NCBI GenBank assembly: GCA_051294375.1 | Contig: CM119270.1 | Coordinates: forward strand, 3,607,957-3,671,956 | Source of the DNA: Paraspadella gotoi | Lineage: Eukaryota; Animalia; Chaetognatha | DNA length: 64,000 nt | Direction: 5' to 3' | Part shown: piece by piece, positions 25,203-37,957 of the stretch | Layout of the letters: each line of letters opens with the position of its first letter | How positions within the stretch are numbered: the stretch's first letter is position 1 | Position numbers and translations under genes: made by a program | Notes under the pieces: generated by a model | What the model was told of the DNA's origin: nothing | Seen by the model: only the letters and a program-made list of their open reading frames with translations | Database searches by the model: none

Positions 25203-26400
25203 TTTTTAGTCGGATCTGCTTATCAGCAGATTCCGACTCTATAATTCACTTTGTCTGTCCGTCGGTCCCACCCCAAAATATTGCTGGTAAATAATTATTA
25301 TCATATCAGAACCTCGAATTATGATAAATTATGCAAAAAAATTATGTCCGTTCGTCCGTCCGTCCGTCCGTCCGTCCGTCTGTCCGTCCAACCTTAGCAA
25401 AAAACTCCAATTACTCGTGATTGGATGGATGGATTGGTATGAAATTTTGTGTGTGGGTAGGAAACTGTGTGATTGAGATATGCAGTTTCGATGGAATCGT
25501 GCGAGTGGAAATTTGTTTAAATGGAAAAAACAAAAAATCTATTTCACTATTTGAATGCCAATTGCTCTTGATTGGATAGGGCAATTGACTTGTAATTTTG
25601 TATGATGGTAGGAAAGTGTGTGATTGAGCTGGATATAAAGTTTCGATCGAATCGTGCGAGTGGAAATGAGTTAAGATGGAAAAAACAAAAGTCATTTTTA
25701 CTTGAAGTATTTTTACTTAAATTTACTCATAATTATTATGTTTATTAAAAATTGGATAGATAAATTGAATTGGAATTTTGTGTGTGGTGATAAAGCTGGA
25801 TATAAATTTTTTGATGGAATCGTAGGAGTGGAAAAGAGTTCAAATTAGAAAACCAAAAGACACATTTATTTGAATTTTTTAAAGTTTCTCTCTCTGATTG
25901 ATTGATTGATTGATTGATTGACATAAATATGCCAGTTGACCAAATTCTGCAAGTTGACCAAATTATGCCAGTTGACCAAATTATATCAGTTGACCAAATT
26001 CTGCAAGTTGACCAAATTATGCCAGTTGATAAAATTATGCCAGTTGACCAAATTATGCCGGTTGACCAAATTATGTTAATTGACCAAATTATGTCAGTTG
26101 ACCAAATTATGTCAGTTGAACAAATTATGTTAGTTAACCAAATTATGTCAGTTAAACAAATTAAGTCAGTTGACCAAATTATGTCAGTTGACCAAATTAT
26201 GTCAGTTGACCAAATTATGTCAGTTAACCAAATTATTTCAGTTGACCAAATTATGCCATCTGACAAAATTATGTCAGTTGACCAAATTATGCCAGTTGAC
26301 CAAATAATGCAAGTTGATTAAATTATGCAAGTTAACCAAGTCAGCTTATTACCACTTAATTATCGTAGGCCGATCCGACATTGTTTGCTCAAACTTGTTT
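25203..26400 (+). mobile_element. HINE/DINE-1-like non-autonomous Helentron-type element, family A, copy 1
   Basis: 5' T-run, then hairpin AGTCGGATCTGCT-tatc-AGCAGATTCCGACT, (GTCC)n microsatellite at ~25345-25388 and central tandem repeats. The 3' end has a subterminal inverted repeat GATCCGAC, stem-loop GTTTG-CT-CAAAC and TTGTTT. The same termini recur at 58586-58882. Confidence 0.75.
25929..26340 (+). repeat. 18-bp minisatellite (CAGTTGACCAAATTATGY), about 23 units, inside the HINE-like element
   Basis: Direct reading. It produces the spurious VDQIMS/WSTDII repeat ORFs. Confidence 0.95.
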
Positions 26401-27868
26401 CTTTGATGAATTCCTTTTTAATGAACATTCGAGTATAGTATTGATAATAAAAATATTTTTTGTTACTTAATTTTATAGAATAGTATAGTGTAGTATAGTA
26501 TAGTATAGTATAGTATTGAAAATAAAAATATTTTTGTTACTTATTTTTATCATAATAATGATACATGGTGACAATTTTACAAGCGCCGGTAGAAATATGC
26601 TGTCATTTGCAAACCAGTGGTTATTTCATTGATTTTAAAAATTAGTTAAGTAGAAAATACTAAAACTATTTATGTGTTAAAATTTTATATTGATCAGTTA
26701 AGATATGCCTTGACAATGAGTGGAGAAAGTTGGCTTGTCAAAACGGGTTTCATTTTCCAACTCACTGTTTTTAAATTAAATTTTTTTTTTAACTTTTAGC
26801 ACTTTTTTAAACAAAGTATTTATTAAAATATTAACAATATTTAGGGTGCTGAGCGCAATTTTTTTGAATTTTTAAAAATCCGTCCAATGGGGACACAAAC
26901 TAACCTTCCTGCATCCATTACTCACAGCTGAGCTGATTCCAACTCCTAGTTTGAGAGATATCCACTCCCTCCAGTTTATCGAGTAAAGAAAAAAGTTACT
27001 GCATCCGGCTCCAGCTCCAAAGCATCGAGCATAAATTATTATTCTCTTCTTTTTTTTTTTTAATTAGTCACCACAATTTTTCATGCGCCTTTTTATAACC
27101 ATTTCGACGACAAAGCGTCAATCATTCAGGCGCCTTTTTTTCCTATTAAGGCGCCTAAATGTCAATTCACGCGCCCTTTTTTCTCCTATTTAGGCGCCCT
27201 CGTTTCCGTCTTTTTATTTTTCATTCGGTAGCGCGTGAGTCGTCGGCGCGAAATTGATGACGTCACTCGTCCCTCGTCACTTTTTTTCCATCGCGAGTTG
27301 TAAGAAGGGGGGGCGGCTGGGGTGGAAAAGGGGGGGAGAGGGTCAGGGGTGGCGGTAGAAGCTGGGGTGCTGGAGGTTGAAGGAGCCGCGTTGGTCAGGG
27401 AGTTACAACCGGTTCTTTTGATTACTGGACCACCGCCCACCTTCTTTTTAATTGCGTTCTGCTCGACGACTTACCCTTTTTCTATTCGGGGGGGGGTGAA
27501 GAAGGTGAGGCAAAGGTGAAGGCGGAGTGAGAGTCGCACTGGGACGAGGGTGAAGGGGAGCCGGGCGGAGGAAGAGGAGCAAAAAAGGGTGGAGCGTGAA
27601 GGAGGAAGCATTTGGCCAAGAGAAGCGAAAGGAGCATCGGGGAAAAGAAGGTTTTACGATGGCGCGTAATTTAATCGTCCATCGCCGCAGAGCAGGTTGG
27701 GGGGGTGGGGAGGTGGTTATGGGGGGGAGAGGGGGGGGGAAAGAAGATGACAGTAGATAAATAGGATGGGCGCTTGTGAGAGGATAAATAGTGAAAGTTC
27801 ACTCACGACGACGACAACAACGACAACAACAACGACAACGAAGAAAATGTCGATGAGGAGGTGCTCCC

Positions 27869-27904
<36 letters not shown>

Positions 27905-28849
27905 TGATAACGATGATAACGAAGACGACGACGACAGCACGTGTCCCAGGATCTACGCGCGCGAACGAATTTGAAAGAAGAGAGAGACCAACCAGTCTCA
28001 GTGGCGCCCGACCCCAGGCGCGTGAGAGAGGCGCCCGTCGGAGACGCGTCGAGTGCGTGCGGATATTGTGCGTGAGTGCGTGCGGAGTAATGGTGAGTGT
28101 GTGCGAAAGTGAGTGCGTCGAGAACTTGTTGCGCGTTAGTCAATGATTCGCAAGCAAAAGTTGACGAGAGGAGCCGATTTCGAAATGAGTGGCTTGCGGA
28201 GTTTGGGATTAGGCTATAAGAGTCTCACTGTCGTTTTTATTAAACTTAGTTGTTAAAATAGATTTCATTTGGGTACTGTTTTCATAGGAATTATAAATTA
28301 TATATGAGTGGTTCGAGTCTTCATCGTCGTCGTCGTCGTCATCGTCGTCGTCGTCGTCGTCGTCATTCTTCGGATTTTGAAATTGAAATTGAAGGTCGCG
28401 GGATTTGAAAGAAAGATGGAAAAGGTGAGTGAGGAAGAAGAGAAAATAAGGAAAAGGAAAAAAAGAGAAAACGAGAAAAGAAAGGAAATGAAATTAAAAA
28501 AAAAAAGGCAAAGGAAAATTAATTAAGGAAGAGAGGAATAAAGAAAGAAAATAAAGAAAAAGAAAGAAAATGAAAGATAAAGGAAAATTTAAAAATAAAA
28601 GAGAGAAAAAAAAAAGAATTGTAAAGAAATGAGAACAAAAAGAAGACGAGAGGAAAGTAAAAAAAACAAAAGCCGAGGTACAAAAGGGGGAAGGGCAGGG
28701 GGGGGGGGCGGTTTCAAGACGAGTGAGTATTACCTCCTTACCCACTGGGTATTGGGTAAGGAGGTAAGTTTTGAAGGTAGAGAGAAGAATTGTGTCTCGC
28801 TAGACGTGAGGAAGGATCTTAGTTTCACGGGAGAAGTAAGGATGGACGA

Positions 28850-29060
28850 TTTGAATGGTGAATACTGAATACAGTGAATAGTGAATGGTTTATTGTGAAT
28901 GGCGTATTGTGTACTGTGAATGGTATATTGTGTACGGTGTATTGTGAATGGTGTCTTGTGAACGGTGTATAGTGACTGGTGTATTGTGAGCGGTGAATAG
29001 CGAGTGGTGAATTGTGAATGGTTTATTGTGAACGGTGTATTGTGAATGGTGTATTGTGGC
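28850..29060 (+). repeat. 14-bp minisatellite (TGTGAATGGTGTAT-like)
   Basis: Repeated tattgtgaatggtg/tgtgaacggtgtat units. Confidence 0.85.
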
Positions 29061-29074
29061 TTGATAACTCAAGA

Positions 29075-29322
29075 GTCAGGATTGGGATCGACAAAAAGGA
29101 CTACGATAATTTGAACAATTGTTTAGGGTTTCGGTCAGGGATAAGGTTAAATTAGGGGATAGATATTAGGGTCAGTGATTAGGGATTAGGATTGGGATTA
29201 AAGTTAGGGATTAGGGTTAGGATTAACAAAAAAAATTCTGGCTCGCTGGGTGACTCAGCGAGAGAAAGAATTAAGCCTCCGTCAGGATCGGGATCGACAG
29301 AAACAACGACGATAATTTGAAC
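29075..29322. repeat. Degenerate TTAGGG-like tract between two 42-bp direct repeats
   Basis: gtcaggattgggatcgacaaaaaggactacgataatttgaac (29075-29116) vs gtcaggatcgggatcgacagaaacaacgacgataatttgaac (29281-29322). TTAGGG/TTAGGA hexamers lie at ~29123-29225. Confidence 0.7.
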
Positions 29323-29745
29323 GATGGAGGATGCAGTAGCGACGGTGAGAGCGATGACAAAAGGAGTGACGCATAAAGAAACGAGTTTTGTGCGTGTTCT
29401 TGAGTCCGCTGCTTCAGGAGCCGCAGCAAGGGGGCTTCGATGAATAAAAGTGCCGAAAATTATCCTTTTAATTATTGACTCTTTAAAGATGAATTTGGTG
29501 AACGGACAGACTGATTAACGGAGATGGATCACGCAATTATTAATTTTCTTTATATCTCCAAATACATATTAAATTTGTTACGAAATAACAAGCCTTTATA
29601 TTACGATGATTACCCATTTCTCTACTTTTATGTCGATTGCTCTTTTGTCGGTTTTTCCTTGTACGGCAAGTGCCTTAAGTTTCAGCGATTAGCGACATCT
29701 TTGGTTTCGATTATGTACAAAGGTATATATTTAAGTACAGACTCC

Positions 29746-29837
29746 GATTGGCGGTTTGTCGCGGGCGCTGATTGGCTGCCGGGCTCGCGGGGCTAAATGC
29801 GAGTGCCAACGTGTAGCCATATTTGGTTAGCTCAGTT
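29746..29837 (+). promoter_or_regulatory. Candidate Pol II promoter: two reverse CCAAT boxes, CArG box, Inr
   Basis: GATTGG at 29746 and 29770, CCATATTTGG (CArG) at 29817-29826 and TCAGTT (Inr-like) at 29832-29837. It is followed by a GT-AG interval at 29966-30037. Confidence 0.35.
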
Positions 29838-30798
29838 CACCACTTGCTTTTTAACGGCTTTTTTAAGTGCTGTTAAATTCAATATATAGATATTCGGAGA
29901 TCTTTTAAGTTTCTACTTGCTGTGAAAGAAGCAACCTTTTTGCACCATTTTGGCTTCAGAAACAAGTAAGAACCGTCTCTTTAAACTTTATATATATTTG
30001 CTGAGTTTGTATTAAATTTTTTGTTATCTTTGCCCAGGACTTCTAACATACTTAAACTTGGTTTCGTCAAGTCCCGGGCTTCAGTTCTGTGCCGTCTTTG
30101 GTGGCTAAGGCTTATCGATACTGCCATTTCTGTGAGACATTGTCGCCGCCATCCTGAGCGTCTTGACCGGGGCCATCGTCACCTCCGCGCTACTCTACCT
30201 AATTCCGAGTTCTTCGTGAGCGTAGAGTTGCCCAAGTTAGAACTCAAAGAAACATTGCGACTCTTAGAAACAACATTGATACATCTTGTTGAGTATCTCA
30301 TAATCACAAACTAACACTTTTCACCTTTATACTTTAGAAATAGTTTTTCCGACAGTAATTTAGTCCACTGTCCCCTAACGGGTTTCTCGTGACAATTCCC
30401 TTTTTATCCTTTCTAACCGCCTGAAATTCTTGCCTAATAATTAACAATCAGTTCTTATATTTATAGCTTATCTATTTTAAAAATACATTTTTATGGCGAT
30501 CACGCAAAAAATAACCATTGCAATTATAACAGACATGATAAACTGGAAATCAACTGGACCAAATATACGGAAACGAATATAAGATAATATACAATGGACA
30601 GTTATACATAAATGTACATACTAGTGACAACATGCGAATTGGTTTTTATGACTAATGACTACAAGTGTGCGACCATACTACATCACTGACATTGATGATT
30701 AAAATTATAAATTCGTGAGTCTGTTAAATGTTTGTACGAAATCGTCTTGAAATGAAATGTGGTAAGGTTGGTTATCTTAGGTTAATATTTCCGATGCA

Positions 30799-31482
30799 TT
30801 ATTGAAAGTAAGTTTGCTTTTGCCCTAATTGTTGTTCCTGAACCAGCTTCGCCGCCATTTGCCCTTTGATGAATAATATTTTTTTCCAAACTTTTAATCT
30901 TTCTTCTTCAGTTATCGGATTTCTGAGGAATCCTTTCTGAAATCGGTTCATGTTTATCATGAAGAAGGCGACATTGTCTTCATTAAGATGAATGTGATCG
31001 CAAGAATGAAAGAGTCGAGAGGCGAAATCTCGTGAAGGAGTCCCGATCGATTTTCTACGAGTCGAGGGAACATCGGCGCGACAAACCATGAAAGATTGTG
31101 GTGGCATGGAGGCTTGCCGCGCCCTGACGTTAAGATTTGCGGAGATTTGCGGCGCCGAGGACAGCGTCGCCGAACGTTGCGGCGCGGAAGTATGCGACGC
31201 CGGGGTTGTGGGTCGGACGAAGTGATGCATCACCGGCGTCTCCTCCTGCAGCGGATCGCCCGCGCTGACGGCCGCCATTTCGATTAGATTGAAGGATCTC
31301 GGTTCAAAAGACGGTTGCTGCTGCGATGCCGCCACGGGCTTTGGCAACGCCGGGGTGGCGACGGCGGACGGAGTGGCGAAGCTAACCCTAGCTCTTTTCG
31401 GCACCGGGACATAAGGATCTAGATCGAAGTCCAGCAACGGCAAAGGTTCGAGAGGGCGTTTGTTGGAGACTCTGCTTTCCAT
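30799..31482 (-). CDS. Intronless orphan protein, 227 aa; Pro/Ser/Ala-rich disordered N-terminal part with NLS-like PVPKRAR, and a predicted helical C-terminal domain
   Basis: Non-repetitive 684-nt ATG-to-TAA ORF, GC-rich against AT-rich flanks, with A at -3 and G at +4 (ATCATGG). No family recognised. Confidence 0.65.
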   Translation of the reverse strand: MESRVSNKRPLEPLPLLDFDLDPYVPVPKRARVSFATPSAVATPALPKPVAASQQQPSFEPRSFNLIEMAAVSAGDPLQEETPVMHHFVRPTTPASHTSAPQRSATLSSAPQISANLNVRARQASMPPQSFMVCRADVPSTRRKSIGTPSRDFASRLFHSCDHIHLNEDNVAFFMINMNRFQKGFLRNPITEEERLKVWKKILFIKGQMAAKLVQEQQLGQKQTYFQ

Positions 31483-32529
31483 GATTGTATTTAAGAAATT
31501 TAAAAATAGATTTAGCAGGTATAATTTAAAACAGTTTTTTATAAATATTTTGAAGAGAATTAGGGTGCAGTTATTAAATGGAGATGTACGTAGGTTGATT
31601 AAATTAATTTAATTTGTAGTGACTTTAGTTTAGTTATTTTTAGAATTTCGAATAACTAATGGGTAAATAGAACCGTTCTGTTTGTGATCGAAAGCGTAAA
31701 TGAAAGCGAGCGAGTCTTCGTCGCATTCGCCCTCCTCTTCCTCTTCCTCCTCTTACCCGATTGGCTCTCGACGTTTTCCCCTCGACCAATGAATGCGAGT
31801 TACCTTACCTTTGAGACGACTTACGATCGCTCTCTCTCTCCTCTTCCTTTCTCCTCTTTCTCCGTTCCGGTCAATCCCCACGGTCACTTTGCCCTAGCTT
31901 TGGCAATGACCTTAGACTGACCTTACAAATCAATAGGTCCGAGGAGACTGAAAGATTTTGTGACCTCGCGTCCGGTCACTTTTCCCTGGTCATATAGTTG
32001 ACCTTTTCGGACCAGCCTTTTCACCGTTCTAGTCGCTTTTTTTTTTAGACGAAAACCTCGTCTTTTGTTATTCGATCATAATCGTTTCTCTGGAAAAGGT
32101 CGGCCGAATGGAACCGTAGTTTTTACGACATTGATTTCGCCATTTATTTATTCTGTTCAATAATAAATTTATGCACGATTTATTCAAGATTTATTCGACA
32201 TTTACGTCATTTGAGATTTAGAAAACCTTGCTCCATGTTAAAGCCAGTTCAATCTACAGCCGACCAATCGAACGCGCGACCCTCGAGGCCTAGAAAATAA
32301 TAGACATTTTCTACAGTAAAATCTACGTTACCCGTCACGCGGAATCCCCGTTCAAAAAATGTTAGACTAATTTAATAATTGAATATTTTAATTTCTAATT
32401 GGTTGTACCAATTTCATATATTTTTTTGGCTCGTTATTCCGACTAAATACTTGAAAGATTTTCTCTCAAATTTACAATAAAAATAATTTATCTTTTATGA
32501 ATCAATTTTATTTCGACTTTTTCACTTTT

Positions 32530-32850
32530 TCACATGACGTGACATGACTAATGACATGACTACAATAACTTTCTTAGACGGTCTAGTGTCTAATGTGTAT
32601 CTATGACCCGCAATGCATAGGAATTCCGTCTTTTATTCTTTATAGTTTTTAGGATTTCCTGAAGGCGGCGCGAGCAGTCACTTAAATTTGAGGATTTTTC
32701 CTTCTTAACGAGTTATGAGCATTTAACATAAGTCGGACAGACCGACGGAAAGACATACCGACCGACGGAAAGACATACCGACCGACCGACAGACGAAGTT
32801 GATGACGGGAGGTGCAACTCCTCAAAGGTTGAGGTGGGTGGCTTTTAAAA
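32530..32850 (-). mobile_element. HINE/DINE-1-like family B-related segment
   Basis: Colinear with 59065-59310 (gacatgact..aactttcttag, aattccgtctttt, ttcc.gaaggcggcgc.agcagtc, taac.taagt.ggacagacc). It ends in a GACC microsatellite and a hairpin-like terminus with an A-run. Confidence 0.6.
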
Positions 32851-33112
32851 AGGTGGTGTGGAAAAGGGAGAGTGGAAAATGGAATGTGGAAAAGGGAGGG
32901 TGGAAAATGGGAGAGTGAAAAATGGGGTGTGGAAAAGGGACAGTGGAAAATAGGGTGTGGAAAAGGGATAGTGGAAATATGTAAAAGTGGCTGTGGGGTA
33001 TAAAAAGATGTGGAAAAGGTGGTGTGGAAAATTGGTTGTGGGTAATTCAGTTGTGCGATGTGGAAATGGGAGTCTTGGGTGTTGGAAAATCAGGTAGGGG
33101 GTGTGGAAAACC
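32850..33112 (+). repeat. GTGGAAAA-rich degenerate minisatellite
   Basis: More than 12 occurrences of (g)tggaaaa with variable spacers. Confidence 0.75.
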
Positions 33113-33851
33113 AGGACACAAAAGATGGCGCGGCCCGAAAAAGTAGGCGTGGCCGAAGGGAGGAAAGGAAAATCTCGGCGCAGGAATTATACGAGCGGAA
33201 GGAGGCGCTCATTAGAGTAGCGGAGGCTAAAAGGAGCTTATGGCAAAATTGCTCCTCTGGGACAACAAGAATATAGGAGCGGCGATTATGAGGAATATAA
33301 AGTCAGGGTCGGAATGAGGAAAAGGGGGCGTGGCTCCACACGTTGGACCGTGGGAAAAAAATGGCGAGGAATTGAAGACGAAAAAAAAAGTACAACCGAG
33401 AGTAAAATAATTGATTGGATCACAACGGGGATTCGTTGAATGATAAATAAAATGACATTTGGCATGTTTTGAGAATGTGATTTAATTATTGGTGTTATAA
33501 TTATTATTATCAATTTTATGATATTTACTATTAGATGAACGAATGAAGTTATAAACGTATTTTCATTTGCCAATCCAGAGGGGGAAAACTTTTTTTCATC
33601 TTCTTAAATATCTATCTATATAAAAGATTAAATGACTAAATCAATAAATAAATAAATCAATAAAATATTTATTTTAAGTTTTATTTTAAGAAAAAAGGTT
33701 TTTAAAAAAACCTTTGACGCCAAAGAGGAACGATTATGCGGACGAAAATAACGTGGACGGGGATTATAGCCGGGGATTAAAATGGGGATTGGATAAGGGG
33801 ACTGGGAGGGGATAAGGAAGAGAGAGGGGTTTAGGATAACCTACCACGGAG

Positions 33852-33897
<46 letters not shown>

Positions 33898-34603
33898 GAG
33901 AGATGAGAGAGAGAGAGAGAGAGAGAGGGACACCGTGACTTTCGGTGCCAAGAGACGCAATACATATGCAAAGAACTCGACTCGTGTCGGCGAGAGGCGA
34001 AAAAAAAAGTCCGAAGTTGAATTCTGAGGCGGGAATTTAAAAAAGAAAAAAAAAGAAAGTTGACAAATTGACCCAACCTTTTAGCCGGTATGTGGGCGGT
34101 GGAAAATGGGAGATTGAGGTGGTTCGGGTGGTTTGGTTAAGGTGGTACGATGGGGTGAAGTGGGCGGGTGGTTTCGGAGAAAGAAGCGTGGTCGCGAAAC
34201 ATAGCGACCCGTACTCGTGGGTGGAACCAATTCTGACCGTGTCGGTGAAATCGCCATTGAATGCCTCGGACCGACTATATGCAACATAATTTGTATTGGT
34301 GGGCGTTCGGACTTGTTTAAAAACCGAGTCGTTTTGTTCATCGCCCCCGCATTGCATTGCGTTGGGTTACTTGCCCGTTTGCTTGCCCATTTTCTTTGGT
34401 GCACAAACGGACGCCCGTCGTAAAATACTCAAACGATGCGTTCGCCGTTCGGTCCGTCGGTCCGTCGGTCCGTCGGTCCGTCGGTCCGTCGTTCCCGTCG
34501 GAAAAATCCGCGTCGGTCCGTCGTCTGTCGGTTCGTTAAAATAAATTCCTCGTAAAATCGAATCAATTCTTCAAAAAGCTTTTTTTTTTTCTTGTCGTTT
34601 CCA

Positions 34604-34685
<82 letters not shown>

Positions 34686-35090
34686 TCTCTCATCATTGTC
34701 TCTCATTCTATGTCGCCATTAGCAGAATCGGCAGCAAAGATCTTTCCCCTCTCTCCCATTTTAATCTCAGCAACATCAAAATTTTTATCAAATATATTTT
34801 TTTTCTTTTCACATTATTTTGAGTTATTCTTTTATCTAATGAAACTTGTACATTTATTCATAAATGTCTATTGAACTCCCGCTCTGAGAAATACTACGTA
34901 TTGTCTGCGTCTATTTTGTCAACCTACTTTTCTCCACTGCTTAAATCTCAAATGCTCAAATGCTCTTATGCTCGAATACTCATATGCTTCAATCTCCCAT
35001 TCCCCATCTTAACAATTCCTCTTCCACAGTTCCGCTCTTCACAATTCCTTTTCAACTGCTCGCCCTCGTCTCTCTCTCTCTCCCTCTCTT

Positions 35091-37880
35091 GAGGACCAGC
35101 GTCGCCGAACAGTTTGCGGCCGCGGAAGTATGCGACGCCGGTTGTGGGTCGGACGAGTGATGCCTCCACCGGCGTCTCCTCCTGCAGGCGATCGCCCGCG
35201 CTGACGGCGCCATTTCGATTAGATTTGAAGGATCTCGGTTCAAAAGAGCGGTTGCTGCTGCGATGCCGCCACGGGCTTTGGCAACGCCGGGGTGGCGACG
35301 GCGGACGGAGTGGCGAAGCTAACCCTAGCTTCCTTTCGGCAGGGACATAAGGATGCTAGATCGAAGTCCGAACAACGGCAAAGGTTCGAGAGGGCGTTGT
35401 TGAGACTCTGTTTCCATGATTTGTATTTAAGGAAATTTAAAAAATAGATTTAGCAGGTTAATTTAAAAACAGTTTTTTATAAATATTGTTGAAGAGAATT
35501 GGGTGCAGTTAATTAAATGGAGATGCTACGTAGGTTGATTAATTAATTTAATTTGTAGCTACTTTATTTATTATTTCGAAATTTCGATAAACTAATGGGT
35601 AAATAGAACGTTTGTTTTGTGATGCGAAAGCGTTAATGAAAAGCGAGCGAGTCTTTCGTCGCATTGCCTCCTCTTTTCCTCTTCCTCTCTTACCCGATTG
35701 GCTTCTCGACGTTTTGCCCTCTGACCAATGAATGCAGTTACCTTAACTTTGAGACGACTTACGATCGCTCTCTCTCTCCTCTCCTTTCTCCTCTTTCTCC
35801 GTTCCGGTCAATCCCAGGCCGGTCACTTTGCCCTAGCTTTGGCAAATGACCTTGACTGACCTTACAAATCAATATAGGTCCGAGGAGACTGAACAGCATT
35901 TTGGTGACCTCTGCGTCCGTCACGTTTTCCCTGGTCATATAGTTGACCTTTTTCGGACCAGCCTTTTCACCGTCATATTGTCCGCTTTTTTTTTACGAAA
36001 AACCTCGTCTTTTGTTTATTCGATCATAATCGTTTCTCTTGGAAAAGGTTGGCCGAATGGAACCGTAGTTTTTTACGACATTGATTTCGATCGCCATTTA
36101 TTTATTCTGTTCAATAATAATTTATGCACGATTTTATTCAAGATTTATTCGACATTTACGTCATTTGAGATATTTAGAAAAAACCTTGCTCCATGTTAAA
36201 GCCAGTTCAATGCTACGCCGACAATCGAACGCGCGACGCGCTCGAGGCCTAGAAAATAATAGACATTTTTCTAGCAGTAAAAACTCACGTTACCCGTCAC
36301 GCGGAATCCCCGTTCAAAATGTTATAATATATTTAATAATTGAATATTTTAATTTCTAATTGGTTTGTACCAAATTTCATATATTTTTTGGCTCGTTTAT
36401 CGCGACTAACATACTTGAAAGATTTTCCTCTCAAAATTAAATAAGAATAATTTATCTTTTATGAATCAATTTTTTTTGGACTTTTCACTTTTATTTCTCG
36501 TGCACGACATGACGTAAAACATGAACGTGACATGACTAAATGACATGACTACAATAACTTTCTTAGACCGTCTAGTGTCTAAATGTGTATCTATGACCCG
36601 CAATGCATAGGAATTCTCGTCTTTTATTCTTATAGTTTTAGGATTTCCCTGAAAGGCGGCGCGAGAGTCCACTTAAATTTGAGAGTTTTTCCTTCTTAAG
36701 GAGTTATGAGCATTTACATAAAGTCCGGACAGACGCGACGGAAAAGACATACCGACAGAGACACCGACGACGGAAGAGCATACCGAGACCGACCTGACAA
36801 GACGAAGTTGATGACGGGAGGTGCAACTTCCTCAAAGGTTGAGGTGGGTGGCTTTAAAAAGGTGGGATGGAAAAGGGAGGGTGGAAAATGGAGTGGAGAA
36901 AAGGGAAGGGTGGAAAATGGGAGAGTGAAAAATAGGGTTGTGGAAAAGGGACAGTGGGAAAATAGGGTGTGGAAAGGGATAGTGGAAATATGTAAAAGTT
37001 GGCTGTGGGGTATAACAAAAGTGTGGAAAAGGTGGTGTGGAAAATTGGTTGTGGGGTAATTCAGTGTGGGCGTGTTGGAAATGGGAGTCTTGGGTGTTGG
37101 AAAATCAGGTAGGGGGTGTGGAAAAACCAGGACACAAAAGATGGCGCGGCCCGAAAAAGTAGGCGTGCGCCGAAGGGAGGAAAGGAAAATCTCGGCGAGG
37201 AATTATACGAGGCGGAAGGATGGCGCTCATATAGAGTAGGGAGGCCCTAGAAAGGAGCTTACTGGCAAATTGCTCCTGGGACAACAGAATATAGGAGGGC
37301 GAATTATGAGGAATATAAAGTCAGGTCGGAAATGAGGAAAAGGGGCGTGGCTCACACGTTGGAACCGTGGAAGAAATGCGAGGAATTGAAGACGAAAAAA
37401 AAAGTACAACCGAGAGTAAATAATTGAATTGGATCCACAAGGAGATTCGTTTGAATGATAAATATAAATGACATTTGGCATGTTTTTGAGAATGTGATTT
37501 AAATTAATTGGTGTTATAATTATTATTATCAATTTTATGATATTTACTATGTAATGAACGAATGAAGTTATAAACGTATTTTCATTTGGCCAAATCCAGA
37601 GGGGGATAAACTTTTTTTCATCTTTCTTAAATATCGATCTATAAATAAGATTAAATGACTAAATCAATAATATAAATAAATAATAAAATATTATTTTTAA
37701 GTTTTATTTTAAGAAAAAGGTTTTTAAAAAAAACCTTTGACGCCAAGAGGAATCGATTATGCGGACGGAAAAATAAACGTGGACGGGGATTAATAGCCGG
37801 GGATTAAAATGGGATTGGATAAGGGGACTGGGAGGGGATAAGGAAGAGAGAGGGGTTTAGGATATAACCTACCACGGAGA

Positions 37881-37957
<77 letters not shown>

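Noticed and set aside
25745-26321. Hexapeptide-repeat ORFs (WSTDII / VDQIMS) resembling beta-helix or antifreeze proteins
   Set aside because: They are simply an 18-bp minisatellite inside a HINE-like element, open on both strands because the unit is a multiple of 3.
26560-26900. Possible Tc1-type MITE (TACATGGTGACA ... GGGGACAC)
   Set aside because: No matching inverted terminus could be identified.
29940-30314. hAT transposase dimerisation-domain resemblance (FWLQKQ ... ERL)
   Set aside because: The key motifs (P.LA...LS.PASS..SER.FS) cannot be assembled in any consistent frame.
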